Shown here piece by piece: positions 9,265 to 19,006 of a DNA stretch of 64,000 nucleotides. The notes under the pieces were generated by a model. It was given only the letters and a program-made list of their open reading frames with translations, was not told the origin of the DNA and did not search any database. This DNA comes from an uncultured Candidatus Saccharibacteria bacterium (lineage in GTDB: Bacteria > Patescibacteriota > Dojkabacteria > B142 > OLB20). How positions within the stretch are numbered: position 1 is the stretch's first letter; every line of letters begins with the position of its first letter. The position numbers and the translations under genes are program-made. The stretch is from assembly GCA_964562165.1 (NCBI GenBank), contig CAZLRZ010000001.1, positions 1,349 to 65,348 on the forward strand, read 5' to 3'.

Positions 9265-12200
9265 TATCGGTTAATTTTAAAATTAAAAGTTTTTGAGTTT
9301 ACAAACTGACCTTTGAATAAATATCCATTTGTTTGATTAATTGAGTTTTCAGTTATAGGAACCACATGATCCAGTGTATCTTCAAACAAAAACTCTAAAT
9401 CATAATTGATTAAGGTACCGGAAATGGAATTTATCTTGAAAAGATAATTATAGCTTGAATCGGTAGTTTTTTCAAAAACTCCAGTTTTATAATTTAACCC
9501 ATATTTTAAGTCGTCATCGGGAAGGACTATAGCGCATATCTTTTGAAGGCTCAGAACATCAAAGGCTTGAGAATAATTTTCGGTTGCTGTCTCATTTATT
9601 TCAAGTTCGGCTATGCTACTTGGCATACAAAAATATGTATTCGCAATTCCATCGGCATTAAATTTTACTTTAAAACTTTTTACCGTAGATAAATCCTTTT
9701 TAACTGTAATATTACCTGAAAACTCAATTTCGCTAAGGCTATTAAATTTGTTTGTTGATCCATCGGAATTCATACCGATATATATTTGATCTTTTACAGA
9801 ACTTTCAGGCACTAAACTCATTATAAATCTCTGGAAAATTGGGTCGTTACTAAAAAGCTTTATATCTTTTGAATTAACAGCCGATTCAATTGATTTCCCA
9901 ACAGACTTATCTTTAAAGACATTATTTACTTTGTTTTCCAACAAATTTGAACTGTACGAAATCACAAGATTGCTTCGCTGTTGATCTGTAGCATCAGAAG
10001 AAAGTAAATTATTGAATACATCAAAGAAATTATCGGAATTAAAAACCTTTTGTTTAAAATTGAGATCGTTATTTTCTCCGGTAATCATAGCAAAAGCATT
10101 TAGATTCACAATTATTCCCATATCTACATTAGTAGCCTCTTTTGCCTCGACTAATTCTTCGACTTCATCATAAAAAAGATCCATATCCGATATATAGTTT
10201 ATATCGTCAAAAACAATATTACCCTGAGTAAGTATTTTTTTGCTAACTAAGGTTATATCTTTAAATGCAGCTTGCGAAAGATTGGGGTTCGTATTTTGAA
10301 ACTCAGAAAAGTTTACAAATTTTACGGTAATAATTTTGGCATTTTGTACGCCAAATAAATAATATCCAACTAACTTTCCGCCACTAGCATAAAATCTTTG
10401 ATTGTCCTGAATTAAAAGAAGATAGTTTTTAATTTTATCTTTTCCGGTAATTAGATTGAGATTATTCACAGATTCAACTATTTTGCTACCCTCATTTTGA
10501 GTATCAACCACATCTTTTACTTCATCTCCAATTAGACTGACAACCCAACCCGGCATGGATTCAAGGGCAACTAAAATTTTCTTTGAATTTTCCTCCATCG
10601 CCTTATTACCTAAAGAAAGTAAGGATTTATTTGAATTCAGACTGTTCAGATCTTCTAAATAATCGGCTTTAGTGCTTGAGATTACTAATTGATCATCTAG
10701 CCTTTGGACAAATCCGGGGGAAAACTTTGTTTTGAAACTATCTAAAGGAATAAGCGACTTTGAAAAATTATCCAGACCCGAAAAATATTGTTCTAATTGC
10801 GAAATAAAGATTCGAGCATTTGCATAGTCATCGTTTTTATTAAAAATGATAAACACATACTCTAAATCTTTCAGCCTAGCTTCAATGTTATTGATATTGT
10901 CTAATATCTCATTAGTTTTAACATTAATCTCATTAAAGTTGTAAGTATCCCTCGACTTAGATATGGTGGTTATGTTTTGCCTTAAAAAGAAAACTTCTTT
11001 GGATAAATTTAATACAGGCGACAAGAATATAAAATAAACAATTAAAAAGGTTATTATCCCAACCATCCATAGGCCAAATTCCCTTAATGTTAGGTTCTTA
11101 AATATATTTACTTTTTGTTTTATTCTTATAAACAAATCATTTAGCCAATTATCGAACCTTTCCAAAGGTGTTCTATCCGGTTTTTTTTGAAGCGCCTCTC
11201 TTAGATTGTTATTTGCTAAAATAATACTACCCTTTCTGGCTCTTTCTTGGTTTTTTCGCTCTGCTATTAGTCTTGCTAAAGCTCCTTCGCTATTAAGGTT
11301 TGAGGTGTTAACTTCGGGGATGGTTGGATCGTCTTCTTTTGAAGCAATAAAGAAGAAATCAAGGAATCCTTTCTTCTGTTCTTTTCGATTCTTTGAGCCG
11401 GAAATTGGAATTAGTTCTTTTTCAAGTGAAGACACATTTCCATTTACTTCGCTCAGCCTTGCTTTAATAAAATCTATCGTTTGCGATAAAGCTCTATCAA
11501 ATGAAATTCTCGGAGACCATCCGATAGACGTTAGATTAGTAGCCGGTTTATATAACTTGATTGGTGGCAATGTATTATCGTTCTGGTCAAATTGGATTTC
11601 TTTCGCAGAAGGAATCAGTTCTATCATCTTGTACGCAATACCTAATACAGAGATTTCTTCTTCATTTGAAAGGGTGAAAATTTGCCCTTTTGTATTCGGA
11701 GAAAATTGAGCCTTTATTATCCCGTATGCGGCGTCTAAATAATGAATATAGAAGTCCGTATCTAATCCGTCCCCTGGAATTATCAACCTTTCACCTTGTA
11801 AAGCTTGAATAATTAATTTAACTATAAATGAGTCCAGATTAATTTCCATCCCCCTACCAAGTAATGTCCCTAAGCGAACTATCCTGGTATTTATTCCCAC
11901 TTTCTCTTGATATTCTTTTACTAAACTTTCGGAATATCTTTGGATTTCGAGTTCGGAATAAACCGAATATTTTTCAGCAGTCTGCAATTCATAATTTAAA
12001 TCAATAACTTTATTCCCAACAATTGTTTGATGAGCCTTAATAGAAGTGGTTAACAAAAATTTGGCATCAAATTTTGCCGTAAGATCAAGCACAGTGTCTA
12101 AATAATTTGATGCCTGTAAAAATTCTTGCGTAGAAATTTTTTGGCTATAATCGGCATACTGATGATCCAGATAAAACACATAATCGAGCCTTCTCAAATC

Positions 12201-12428
12201 GCTTTGCAAAGTGCTTATACCACTATAATCCATCAGGATTAGATTTTGATAGGAATCAATTAATGGTAAATATTTTTCAACTTCCCGGCTGCCTCGATCA
12301 ACAATAATTACAAACCCTCCTTGTTCTAAAAGGGATTTAGCAAGCTCTATACCCAATAAGTCTTGCCCCCTAACAATAATTGAAGTTGGGAATTTTACTG
12401 CATTTTTTAATTGATTGGCAGTGACCAT
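9264..12428 (-). CDS. Fusion of a degenerate NAD-dependent epimerase/dehydratase domain, one TM helix and a DUF4012-like extracytoplasmic region
   Basis: GDGLDTDFYIHYLDAA and GWSPRISFDRALSQT (extended SDR); TM WMVGIITFLIVYFIFL; YLLLIQDNQRFYASGG (DUF4012-like). Confidence 0.75.
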   Translation of the reverse strand: MVTANQLKNAVKFPTSIIVRGQDLLGIELAKSLLEQGGFVIIVDRGSREVEKYLPLIDSYQNLILMDYSGISTLQSDLRRLDYVFYLDHQYADYSQKISTQEFLQASNYLDTVLDLTAKFDAKFLLTTSIKAHQTIVGNKVIDLNYELQTAEKYSVYSELEIQRYSESLVKEYQEKVGINTRIVRLGTLLGRGMEINLDSFIVKLIIQALQGERLIIPGDGLDTDFYIHYLDAAYGIIKAQFSPNTKGQIFTLSNEEEISVLGIAYKMIELIPSAKEIQFDQNDNTLPPIKLYKPATNLTSIGWSPRISFDRALSQTIDFIKARLSEVNGNVSSLEKELIPISGSKNRKEQKKGFLDFFFIASKEDDPTIPEVNTSNLNSEGALARLIAERKNQERARKGSIILANNNLREALQKKPDRTPLERFDNWLNDLFIRIKQKVNIFKNLTLREFGLWMVGIITFLIVYFIFLSPVLNLSKEVFFLRQNITTISKSRDTYNFNEINVKTNEILDNINNIEARLKDLEYVFIIFNKNDDYANARIFISQLEQYFSGLDNFSKSLIPLDSFKTKFSPGFVQRLDDQLVISSTKADYLEDLNSLNSNKSLLSLGNKAMEENSKKILVALESMPGWVVSLIGDEVKDVVDTQNEGSKIVESVNNLNLITGKDKIKNYLLLIQDNQRFYASGGKLVGYYLFGVQNAKIITVKFVNFSEFQNTNPNLSQAAFKDITLVSKKILTQGNIVFDDINYISDMDLFYDEVEELVEAKEATNVDMGIIVNLNAFAMITGENNDLNFKQKVFNSDNFFDVFNNLLSSDATDQQRSNLVISYSSNLLENKVNNVFKDKSVGKSIESAVNSKDIKLFSNDPIFQRFIMSLVPESSVKDQIYIGMNSDGSTNKFNSLSEIEFSGNITVKKDLSTVKSFKVKFNADGIANTYFCMPSSIAELEINETATENYSQAFDVLSLQKICAIVLPDDDLKYGLNYKTGVFEKTTDSSYNYLFKINSISGTLINYDLEFLFEDTLDHVVPITENSINQTNGYLFKGQFVNSKTFNFKINR

Positions 12429-13111
12429 TAAATAGTTTTAATTATTTTAACCGGTTGCAAAAACAAATTTACCTCAAGATTAATTGTAAGATCCTTTAAT
12501 TTATCCCGACTTTCTTGATCTTCGGGCAGGATCATAAACTCTAAAGAATCATATCCGTCTTTTTCAAATCGGATTTTATGCTGTCTACTAATATCTAATT
12601 CTAATTCATTTAAAGGAGTAGTTCCAATTTGTTCATCATCTATGAAAACGTTTACTTCTATAGGAGCAGAGATTACATTCAAAATTGGATTCTCATTTTT
12701 CTTAAAGTTTTTAGAAGCGTATAAAATATGCCCCTCCGTAAAAGCCTCTGATGGGCCTAAATCGTAAGCCATAACAACTTCAACTCCCGAAATAAAATTT
12801 ATTTCTTTGTTTAATTCAAAATATACATTGCCCGCTTCGGACTTTCTTTGGAGTTTGATCAAATGCATTCCTTCTTTAATGGTGTTAATTTCTGCAAAAG
12901 ATTCATCATCCACAACATTGCCCTCAAGTTTTTCATCAACATAAATATCAATACTGCCTGAAAGGGATTTAACCTTTAATGTTGAATAAGTACTATCCTT
13001 ATCAATCCCAATTAAAGATAAAAAGGAAAAGTCCCAACTATTCCATGGGGACCAAATTCCAATAAGAACTAATACTATTAACAGTAAAACTATTCTGCCG
13101 AGGTTTTTCAA
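12428..13111 (-). CDS. PEGA-domain membrane-anchored protein
   Basis: N-terminal anchor; VISAP.EVNVFIDDEQIGTTPL...HKIRFEKDGY. Confidence 0.85.
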   Translation of the reverse strand: MKNLGRIVLLLIVLVLIGIWSPWNSWDFSFLSLIGIDKDSTYSTLKVKSLSGSIDIYVDEKLEGNVVDDESFAEINTIKEGMHLIKLQRKSEAGNVYFELNKEINFISGVEVVMAYDLGPSEAFTEGHILYASKNFKKNENPILNVISAPIEVNVFIDDEQIGTTPLNELELDISRQHKIRFEKDGYDSLEFMILPEDQESRDKLKDLTINLEVNLFLQPVKIIKTI

Positions 13112-13197
13112 TTTTTGATAACTATTTTCAAAAATTATAGCAATAAACCATGATAACCTCTACTTTTATTTTCAATGAAATGATAAAATAATCATAA

Positions 13198-13378
13198 GCG
13201 ATTAAGGATTTGGTGTAAGCCTTAAAAATTTAGTGATTACAACCAAATATTCTCTTGAGAGTCTTAAAATTTCAAGCTTTTGAAGATTTTAAGGAATAAA
13301 GGTGGCACCACCCAAGATTTTTATAAATTTAAGGGCCCTTTTAGATTGTATTTTATAATCTAAAGCGGCTCTTTTTTT
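13198..13378 (+). promoter_or_regulatory. Transcriptional T-box riboswitch leader of aspS
   Basis: AAAGG-TGGCACC-ACCC (13298-13313) pairs with GGGC-CCTTT (antiterminator); overlapping terminator; stem III-like hairpin 13263-13293; TGaTAAAAT promoter at 13181-13189. Confidence 0.88.
13333..13378 (+). terminator. T-box attenuator terminator
   Basis: TTTAGATTGTA/TATAATCTAAA stem closed by GCC/GGC, followed by T7. Confidence 0.85.
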
Positions 13379-13403
13379 ATTTATATTTTTTACCAAATAC
13401 CAA

Positions 13404-15191
13404 ATGCAACGAATCTTATCAAATGAATTGAAAAACCAAATCGGCAACGAAGTTATGCTAGAAGGCTGGCTTCATAACCTAAGGACAATGGGCAAATTGG
13501 CCTTTCTAATTTTGCGTGATAGAACTGGTTTGAGCCAAATTGTTTTAGATTCTGTTGATGAAATCAAAAAGCTCGACAATCTATACACCGGTTCGGTTCT
13601 AAGAATAGTTGGGAACGCAGTTTTATCTGAGAAATCTCAATATGGTGTTGAAATCCAAAATTCAAAAATCGAAGTAATGCAACCTGTAAAATACCCTAGC
13701 CCAGTTGATATTTCAAAAAATGATTTGAATGTGGAGTTTGATACTTTGCTTGAAAATCGCGTAGTAACTTTAAGACACCCAAAGCAATCTGCGATTTTCA
13801 AAGTTGCAGGTATTGCCGAAAAAGTAATGCGTGACTTTTATAATAAAAATGAGTTCACACAAATTAATTCACCAAAAATGATTGCCTTCCCAACCGAAGG
13901 CGGTGCTGAGGTTTTTGAGGTCAACTACTTTGATAAAAAGGCGTATATGGCTCAAAGCCCTCAGTTTTATAAACAGATGATGGTCGGTGTTTTTGAAAAA
14001 GTATATGAAATCGGTAGAGCCTACCGTGCAGAAAAAAGTAATACCAGCAGGCATCTTTCGGAGATCCTAATGTTGGATATGGAAATGGGATTTATAAATT
14101 CCTTTGAGGACGTTCTAAATACTAGTGAATCCTTTATAAAATACGTTTGTGAAAATACTTGGAACGAAGCGGCCCCTTTACTTGAAGGCCTTGGAGCAAA
14201 AAAGCCAATAATTTCGGAAAAGCTTCCAAGAATTAGTGTAAAAGATTTACACGAATTAATGAAAAAAGAAACCGGCGAAGATCATACTAGCGAACTCGAC
14301 GTTGCTCCTTCTGAAGAAAAATTTATAAGCGAATATTCACAAAAGAACTGGAATAGCGAAGCGCTATTTATTGTTGACTTCCCTTGGTCCGATGCAAAAT
14401 TTTATCATCATCAAAGCGAAACCAACCCAGAAAATGCTGATCGAGCCGACTTAATTTTTAGAGGCGTTGAACTTGCTACAATTACAAGGCGTGAAGTCAA
14501 TTACGAAAAGCTAGTCTCACAAATCCAAGCAAAAGGAATGGATTCCAATCACCCAGGCCTAGCGCAATATCTTGAAGCCTTTAAATTTGGAATGCCCGAA
14601 GAAGGCGGCTTTGGTTTAGGTATTGCAAGATTCGTTCAAAAAATGATAGGCCTCGATAATGTAAAAGAAGCCGAACTATTTCCATCGGATCCTAAGCTAA
14701 TCGGTGGAGTTCGAATTGCTCCTAAGGTGTTTTTTGGCAAAGAGTTAAATTCTGAAATATTATCCCAATTAACAAAAGGTAAAATTACCTATGAAAAGGT
14801 AACTCATGAACCCGCAAAAACATCTGAGGAATCGGCCATTCAAAGAAAAACCAATCTTGATGAAGGTGTAAAAGCAATAATTCTTCGAGGTAAAAGAACA
14901 GGAAAAAACATTATGGTTTGTATTCCTGCTGATCAAAAACTAAATATGGACATATTATCCAGTTTTGAAAGTGAAAAGTTTGAGTTTGAAAACCCTCAAA
15001 TAATTAAAGATAAGTTCGGCTTGGAACTCGGATCAATTCCTCCATTTGGCAACTTGCTAGGAATGACTACGTATTTCTCAAATGATATAGAACAAAAAGC
15101 ATTATCAGCTTTCAATGATGGACTTACAACAGAGTCCATCAAGATGCAGCCAGCAGATTTAATTAAATTAATAAATCCAATATTAGTTTGA
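13404..15191 (+). CDS. aspS: Archaeal/eukaryote-type aspartyl-tRNA synthetase (probably Asp/Asn non-discriminating) fused to a C-terminal YbaK/ProX deacylase-like domain
   Basis: OB fold (GWLHNLR, FLILRDRTG), EGGAEVF, QSPQFYKQ, YRAEKSNTSRH, GFGLG; no GAD insert; C-terminal HEPAKTSEE...VKAII...GSIPPFG. Confidence 0.92.
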   Translation: MQRILSNELKNQIGNEVMLEGWLHNLRTMGKLAFLILRDRTGLSQIVLDSVDEIKKLDNLYTGSVLRIVGNAVLSEKSQYGVEIQNSKIEVMQPVKYPSPVDISKNDLNVEFDTLLENRVVTLRHPKQSAIFKVAGIAEKVMRDFYNKNEFTQINSPKMIAFPTEGGAEVFEVNYFDKKAYMAQSPQFYKQMMVGVFEKVYEIGRAYRAEKSNTSRHLSEILMLDMEMGFINSFEDVLNTSESFIKYVCENTWNEAAPLLEGLGAKKPIISEKLPRISVKDLHELMKKETGEDHTSELDVAPSEEKFISEYSQKNWNSEALFIVDFPWSDAKFYHHQSETNPENADRADLIFRGVELATITRREVNYEKLVSQIQAKGMDSNHPGLAQYLEAFKFGMPEEGGFGLGIARFVQKMIGLDNVKEAELFPSDPKLIGGVRIAPKVFFGKELNSEILSQLTKGKITYEKVTHEPAKTSEESAIQRKTNLDEGVKAIILRGKRTGKNIMVCIPADQKLNMDILSSFESEKFEFENPQIIKDKFGLELGSIPPFGNLLGMTTYFSNDIEQKALSAFNDGLTTESIKMQPADLIKLINPILV

Positions 15192-15937
15192 AAATGATGT
15201 TAGAAATAAAAAATCTAAGTTGCGAAATTAATTCAAAAGAAATTTTGTCTGACATTTCTCTACAAATTCAAAAGGGTGAAGTTCATGTTATTATGGGACC
15301 AAACGGATCCGGCAAGTCCACACTTGCTAAAGCCATAATTGCTGATCCTGAATGTATTATCAAAACCGGGAAAATCTTTTTTGAAAACATTGATATTACA
15401 TCTCAAGACATCTCATCTAGAGCCAAAAACGGAATCTTTATGGCTTTTCAAAATCCGGTGGAAGTCCCCGGTTTAAATTTCCGCAACTATGCAAGACTAA
15501 TCTATAACAATCTAAAGCCAAAGGAACAAAAACTCCCTGTTTTTAAATTTAGAGAACATTTATTGAGCTTAGCAAAATCTTTAAATATTCCAGAGGCTTT
15601 ACTCGAAAGGAACTTAAACGAAGGCCTTTCTGGAGGCGAAAAAAAGAAGCTGGAGATACTTCAAATGGCATTATTAAGCCCCAAATTAGTGATTCTTGAT
15701 GAAACCGATTCCGGCCTAGATATCGAGGCAATAAAAACGATTTTCAAGTATATTAATGAACTCAAGGTTTCTAACCCCAGTCTTACCATTTTGATAATCA
15801 CCCATTATCATAAGATTTTTGAGGATTTAACTCCTAATAAAATCCATATTATGATGAATGGGAAAATCGTAAAAACCTCCGATAAAAGCATTTTACAAAC
15901 AATAGAAAAATTTGGATATGAAAAATTCAGAAGCTGA
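15188..15937 (+). CDS. sufC: Fe-S cluster assembly ATPase SufC (start may be ATG 15194 or 15197)
   Basis: GPNGSGKST, FQNPVEVPG, SGGEKKKLEILQ, LDETDSGLD, ITHY. Confidence 0.96.
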   Translation: MKMMLEIKNLSCEINSKEILSDISLQIQKGEVHVIMGPNGSGKSTLAKAIIADPECIIKTGKIFFENIDITSQDISSRAKNGIFMAFQNPVEVPGLNFRNYARLIYNNLKPKEQKLPVFKFREHLLSLAKSLNIPEALLERNLNEGLSGGEKKKLEILQMALLSPKLVILDETDSGLDIEAIKTIFKYINELKVSNPSLTILIITHYHKIFEDLTPNKIHIMMNGKIVKTSDKSILQTIEKFGYEKFRS

Positions 15938-17348
15938 AAATTGCGATGTAAAAACCCTTGTTTCAACGAATGCTTATGACGAGAAGTACGGCTTCCACAC
16001 TGATAATACAAACACCATCGAATTTAAAAAAGGCCTCGACCTTGAAACAATTAAAAGTATTTCAAAGATAAAAAATGAGGACAAATGGATGTTAAATTTT
16101 CGACTAAAAGCATACAAAGAATTTTTAAAACACAAAATGCCCTCTTTTGGGCCCGATCTAACTCACATTAATTTTGATGAGATAAAATATTTTGTCCAAG
16201 CCTCAGCGAAATCAAACAAGAGCTGGGATTCAGTTCCCGTAGAAATTCAAGAGACTTTTGATAAGCTGGGTATTCCGGAAGTAGAAAAGAAATATCTCGC
16301 AGGCATTGCTACACAATATGAATCCGAAATCATCTATAACAATCTTAAAGAAAAGTGGACAAAACAAGGAATAATATTTTTAGATATTTCAGAAGGCTAC
16401 AAAAAATACCCCGATCTATTTACGAAATATTTTAGTTCAATTGTGCCAATTAATGACAACAAGTTTGCCGCATTAAATTCTGCTGTTTTTAGTGGAGGAA
16501 CTTTTATCTATATCCCTAAACATATTAAGGTTAGGATTCCACTCCAAACCTACTTTAGAATCAACACTGAAAGTATGGGCCAATTTGAAAGGACCTTGAT
16601 CATTGCTGACGAAGGCAGTGAAGTCCATTACATTGAAGGATGCACAGCCCCGACATATAGCAAAGATTCCTTGCACGCTGCGGTAGTCGAAGTTATTGTG
16701 TTAGATAAAGCCAGAGTCAGATATACAACCATTCAAAACTGGTCAAAAAACGTATTGAACCTTGTTACAAAAAGAGCTTCTGTCCACGAAAAAGGCATTA
16801 TGGAATGGGTTGACTGCAACTTAGGCTCAAGAATTACTATGAAATACCCAGCTGTAATCTTAAAAGGAGATGATTCCCATGGCGAAATTTTATCAATCGC
16901 CTTAGCAAACAAAGACCAAATAATTGATGCCGGTGGCAAGGCAATTCATATAGGCAAAAATACCTCCAGTATTATTAATTCCAAATCGATCTGCATTAAT
17001 GGTGGCAGAAGCTCTTTTAGAGGCTTTGTAAAATCCGAGACTACCGCACAAAACGCAAAATCGAAGGTCAATTGCGAAGCCTTAATACTAGACAACAAAT
17101 CTCAAACTGACACCTACCCTACAAATTTGATTTTGAATAAAACAACGCAAGTTGCCCACGAAGCCTCAGTTAGCAAGCTCAACACAAAACAAATGAACTA
17201 CTTAATGTCGCGCGGCCTAAATATTGCCCAGGCTTCATCTTTAATTGTTTCTGGTTTTATTGAACCAATAGTAAAAGAATTACCAATGGAATATGCAGCA
17301 GAACTTAATACTTTAATTAATTTAAGTATGGAAGGAAGCGTAGGATAA
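15912..17348 (+). CDS. sufB: Fe-S cluster assembly protein SufB (start probably ATG 15918)
   Basis: GQFERTLII, YIEGCTAP, SLHAAVVE, HEASVS, ELPMEYA, MEGSVG. Confidence 0.97.
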   Translation: MDMKNSEAENCDVKTLVSTNAYDEKYGFHTDNTNTIEFKKGLDLETIKSISKIKNEDKWMLNFRLKAYKEFLKHKMPSFGPDLTHINFDEIKYFVQASAKSNKSWDSVPVEIQETFDKLGIPEVEKKYLAGIATQYESEIIYNNLKEKWTKQGIIFLDISEGYKKYPDLFTKYFSSIVPINDNKFAALNSAVFSGGTFIYIPKHIKVRIPLQTYFRINTESMGQFERTLIIADEGSEVHYIEGCTAPTYSKDSLHAAVVEVIVLDKARVRYTTIQNWSKNVLNLVTKRASVHEKGIMEWVDCNLGSRITMKYPAVILKGDDSHGEILSIALANKDQIIDAGGKAIHIGKNTSSIINSKSICINGGRSSFRGFVKSETTAQNAKSKVNCEALILDNKSQTDTYPTNLILNKTTQVAHEASVSKLNTKQMNYLMSRGLNIAQASSLIVSGFIEPIVKELPMEYAAELNTLINLSMEGSVG

Positions 17349-17801
17349 ATGGAAGACATCTCATTAGACTTAACAAAAAACATTCAAGAAATCGAAGTTA
17401 ACAAAGACTCTCTATTCAGGGCTGTTTTCCAAAGCAACCTAAACGGCAAATTAAAAAGGGTCATTACCATCACTCATACAAAGAAAAACATTGAATCAGA
17501 ATTTAGAATAAAATTCATTGTCAATTCAAAAGATCCCGTAGAGTTCATCCCTACCATTATTATAAAAAAAGGCGCAACCGGAGTAAAAAGCAAACTAAAA
17601 ATTGAAGTCCTAAATTTAACAAACAACCCCCATATACTAATCAGTCCTAATATGGAAATCCTCGATAACGACGTCGAAGCCTCTCACAGTTTGGCCATAC
17701 GACAAGTCGATTCAAATGAGTTAAAATATTTAATGAGCCGAGGCTTAGAAAAATCTCAAAGCACAAGATTATTAATTCAAGCTTTTATCAACGATTTATG
17801 A
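17349..17801 (+). CDS. sufD: Miniature SufD (C-terminal portion only)
   Basis: PNMEILDNDVEASHS...YLMSRGL; lies between sufB and sufS. Confidence 0.8.
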   Translation: MEDISLDLTKNIQEIEVNKDSLFRAVFQSNLNGKLKRVITITHTKKNIESEFRIKFIVNSKDPVEFIPTIIIKKGATGVKSKLKIEVLNLTNNPHILISPNMEILDNDVEASHSLAIRQVDSNELKYLMSRGLEKSQSTRLLIQAFINDL

Positions 17802-19006
17802 ACAAATCCGACTTCCCAATTTTCAATCAATTTCCAAAACTAATTTATTTGGATAATGCTGCAACCACCCAGAAGCCCTCTTGTGTTATCGACTCCTACA
17901 AAGAGTTTTACGAAAAGCACAACGCAAATGTACATAGGGGCATATACAAATTAAGCGAGGATGCCACGGCTTTGTACGAAGCCTCTAGACAAACCGTTGC
18001 TGAATTCATCGGGGCAAAATCCGATGAGATCGTTTTCACATCAGGCACGACAATGTCTATTAATCTTTTGGCCCAATATCATTTTAGGAATGCACTAGAA
18101 GCTGGCTCAACTATCCTATTAAGCGATTTAGAACATCATAGCAATATCCTCCCTTGGCAATCCATTGCAAAAGAACAGTCACTTAATTTGGATTATATTC
18201 ATCTTAATTCAAACTTGGAATTTGATCTAAATCAAATCGAGGCCACTTTAAAAACACAAAAAGTTGACCTAATATCAATTTCATTAATGAGTAATGTCAC
18301 GGGATACACACCCCCCATTAAACAAATTAAAGAATTGATAAATAAACATTCGCCCCAAACCCTACTATTACTTGATGCAGCACAAGCTATTTCACATATG
18401 AGCATCGATGTTAACGAACTTGATGCGGACTTTATTGTTTTTTCTGCCCATAAGGCATATGGCCCAACCGGATTAGGTGTAATTTGGGGCAAACAAAACC
18501 ATTTAAAAGAAATTCAATCACTTTTCCAAGGTGGCGGAATTGTTGAAACCGTAACTAGAGATAGCGCGACTTTTATTGAAGGTCCACAAAGGTTTGAAGC
18601 AGGCACTCCTCCTATTGCCGAAGCTGCAGTTTTCGCCAAAGCCCTTAAATACTTAAAATCAATTGGCCTAGAGGAAATCAAAAATCACGAAATGCACCTT
18701 GCAGAATCCCTACACAAAAGACTTAAAGAGATTCCCGAAATCAAGCTACTTGTTGAGAACTTCGACCCAAGCCATTTTGGACCCATAATTAGCTTTACAC
18801 ACGCAAAACTACACCCTCACGATTTAGCTCAGATCCTGGATTATAAAGACATTGCAGTAAGAGCGGGGCATCATTGCACACAGATTCTACATAGAGAGGT
18901 TTTACATATACCTTCAAGCGCAAGAGTTAGTTTGGCTTTATATAACGAGGAAGCTGATATCGAAGCCATAATAGACGCCCTTAAGAACGTGTCAATAAAT
19001 CGTTAA
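17798..19006 (+). CDS. sufS: Cysteine desulfurase SufS
   Basis: YLDNAATTQKP, FSAHKAYGPTG, FEAGTP, RAGHHC. Confidence 0.96.
   Translation: MNKSDFPIFNQFPKLIYLDNAATTQKPSCVIDSYKEFYEKHNANVHRGIYKLSEDATALYEASRQTVAEFIGAKSDEIVFTSGTTMSINLLAQYHFRNALEAGSTILLSDLEHHSNILPWQSIAKEQSLNLDYIHLNSNLEFDLNQIEATLKTQKVDLISISLMSNVTGYTPPIKQIKELINKHSPQTLLLLDAAQAISHMSIDVNELDADFIVFSAHKAYGPTGLGVIWGKQNHLKEIQSLFQGGGIVETVTRDSATFIEGPQRFEAGTPPIAEAAVFAKALKYLKSIGLEEIKNHEMHLAESLHKRLKEIPEIKLLVENFDPSHFGPIISFTHAKLHPHDLAQILDYKDIAVRAGHHCTQILHREVLHIPSSARVSLALYNEEADIEAIIDALKNVSINR

Noticed and set aside
17349-17801. sufD as a pseudogene
   Set aside because: Clean ORF abutting sufB and overlapping sufS, with the conserved His region kept; more likely a naturally minimal SufD
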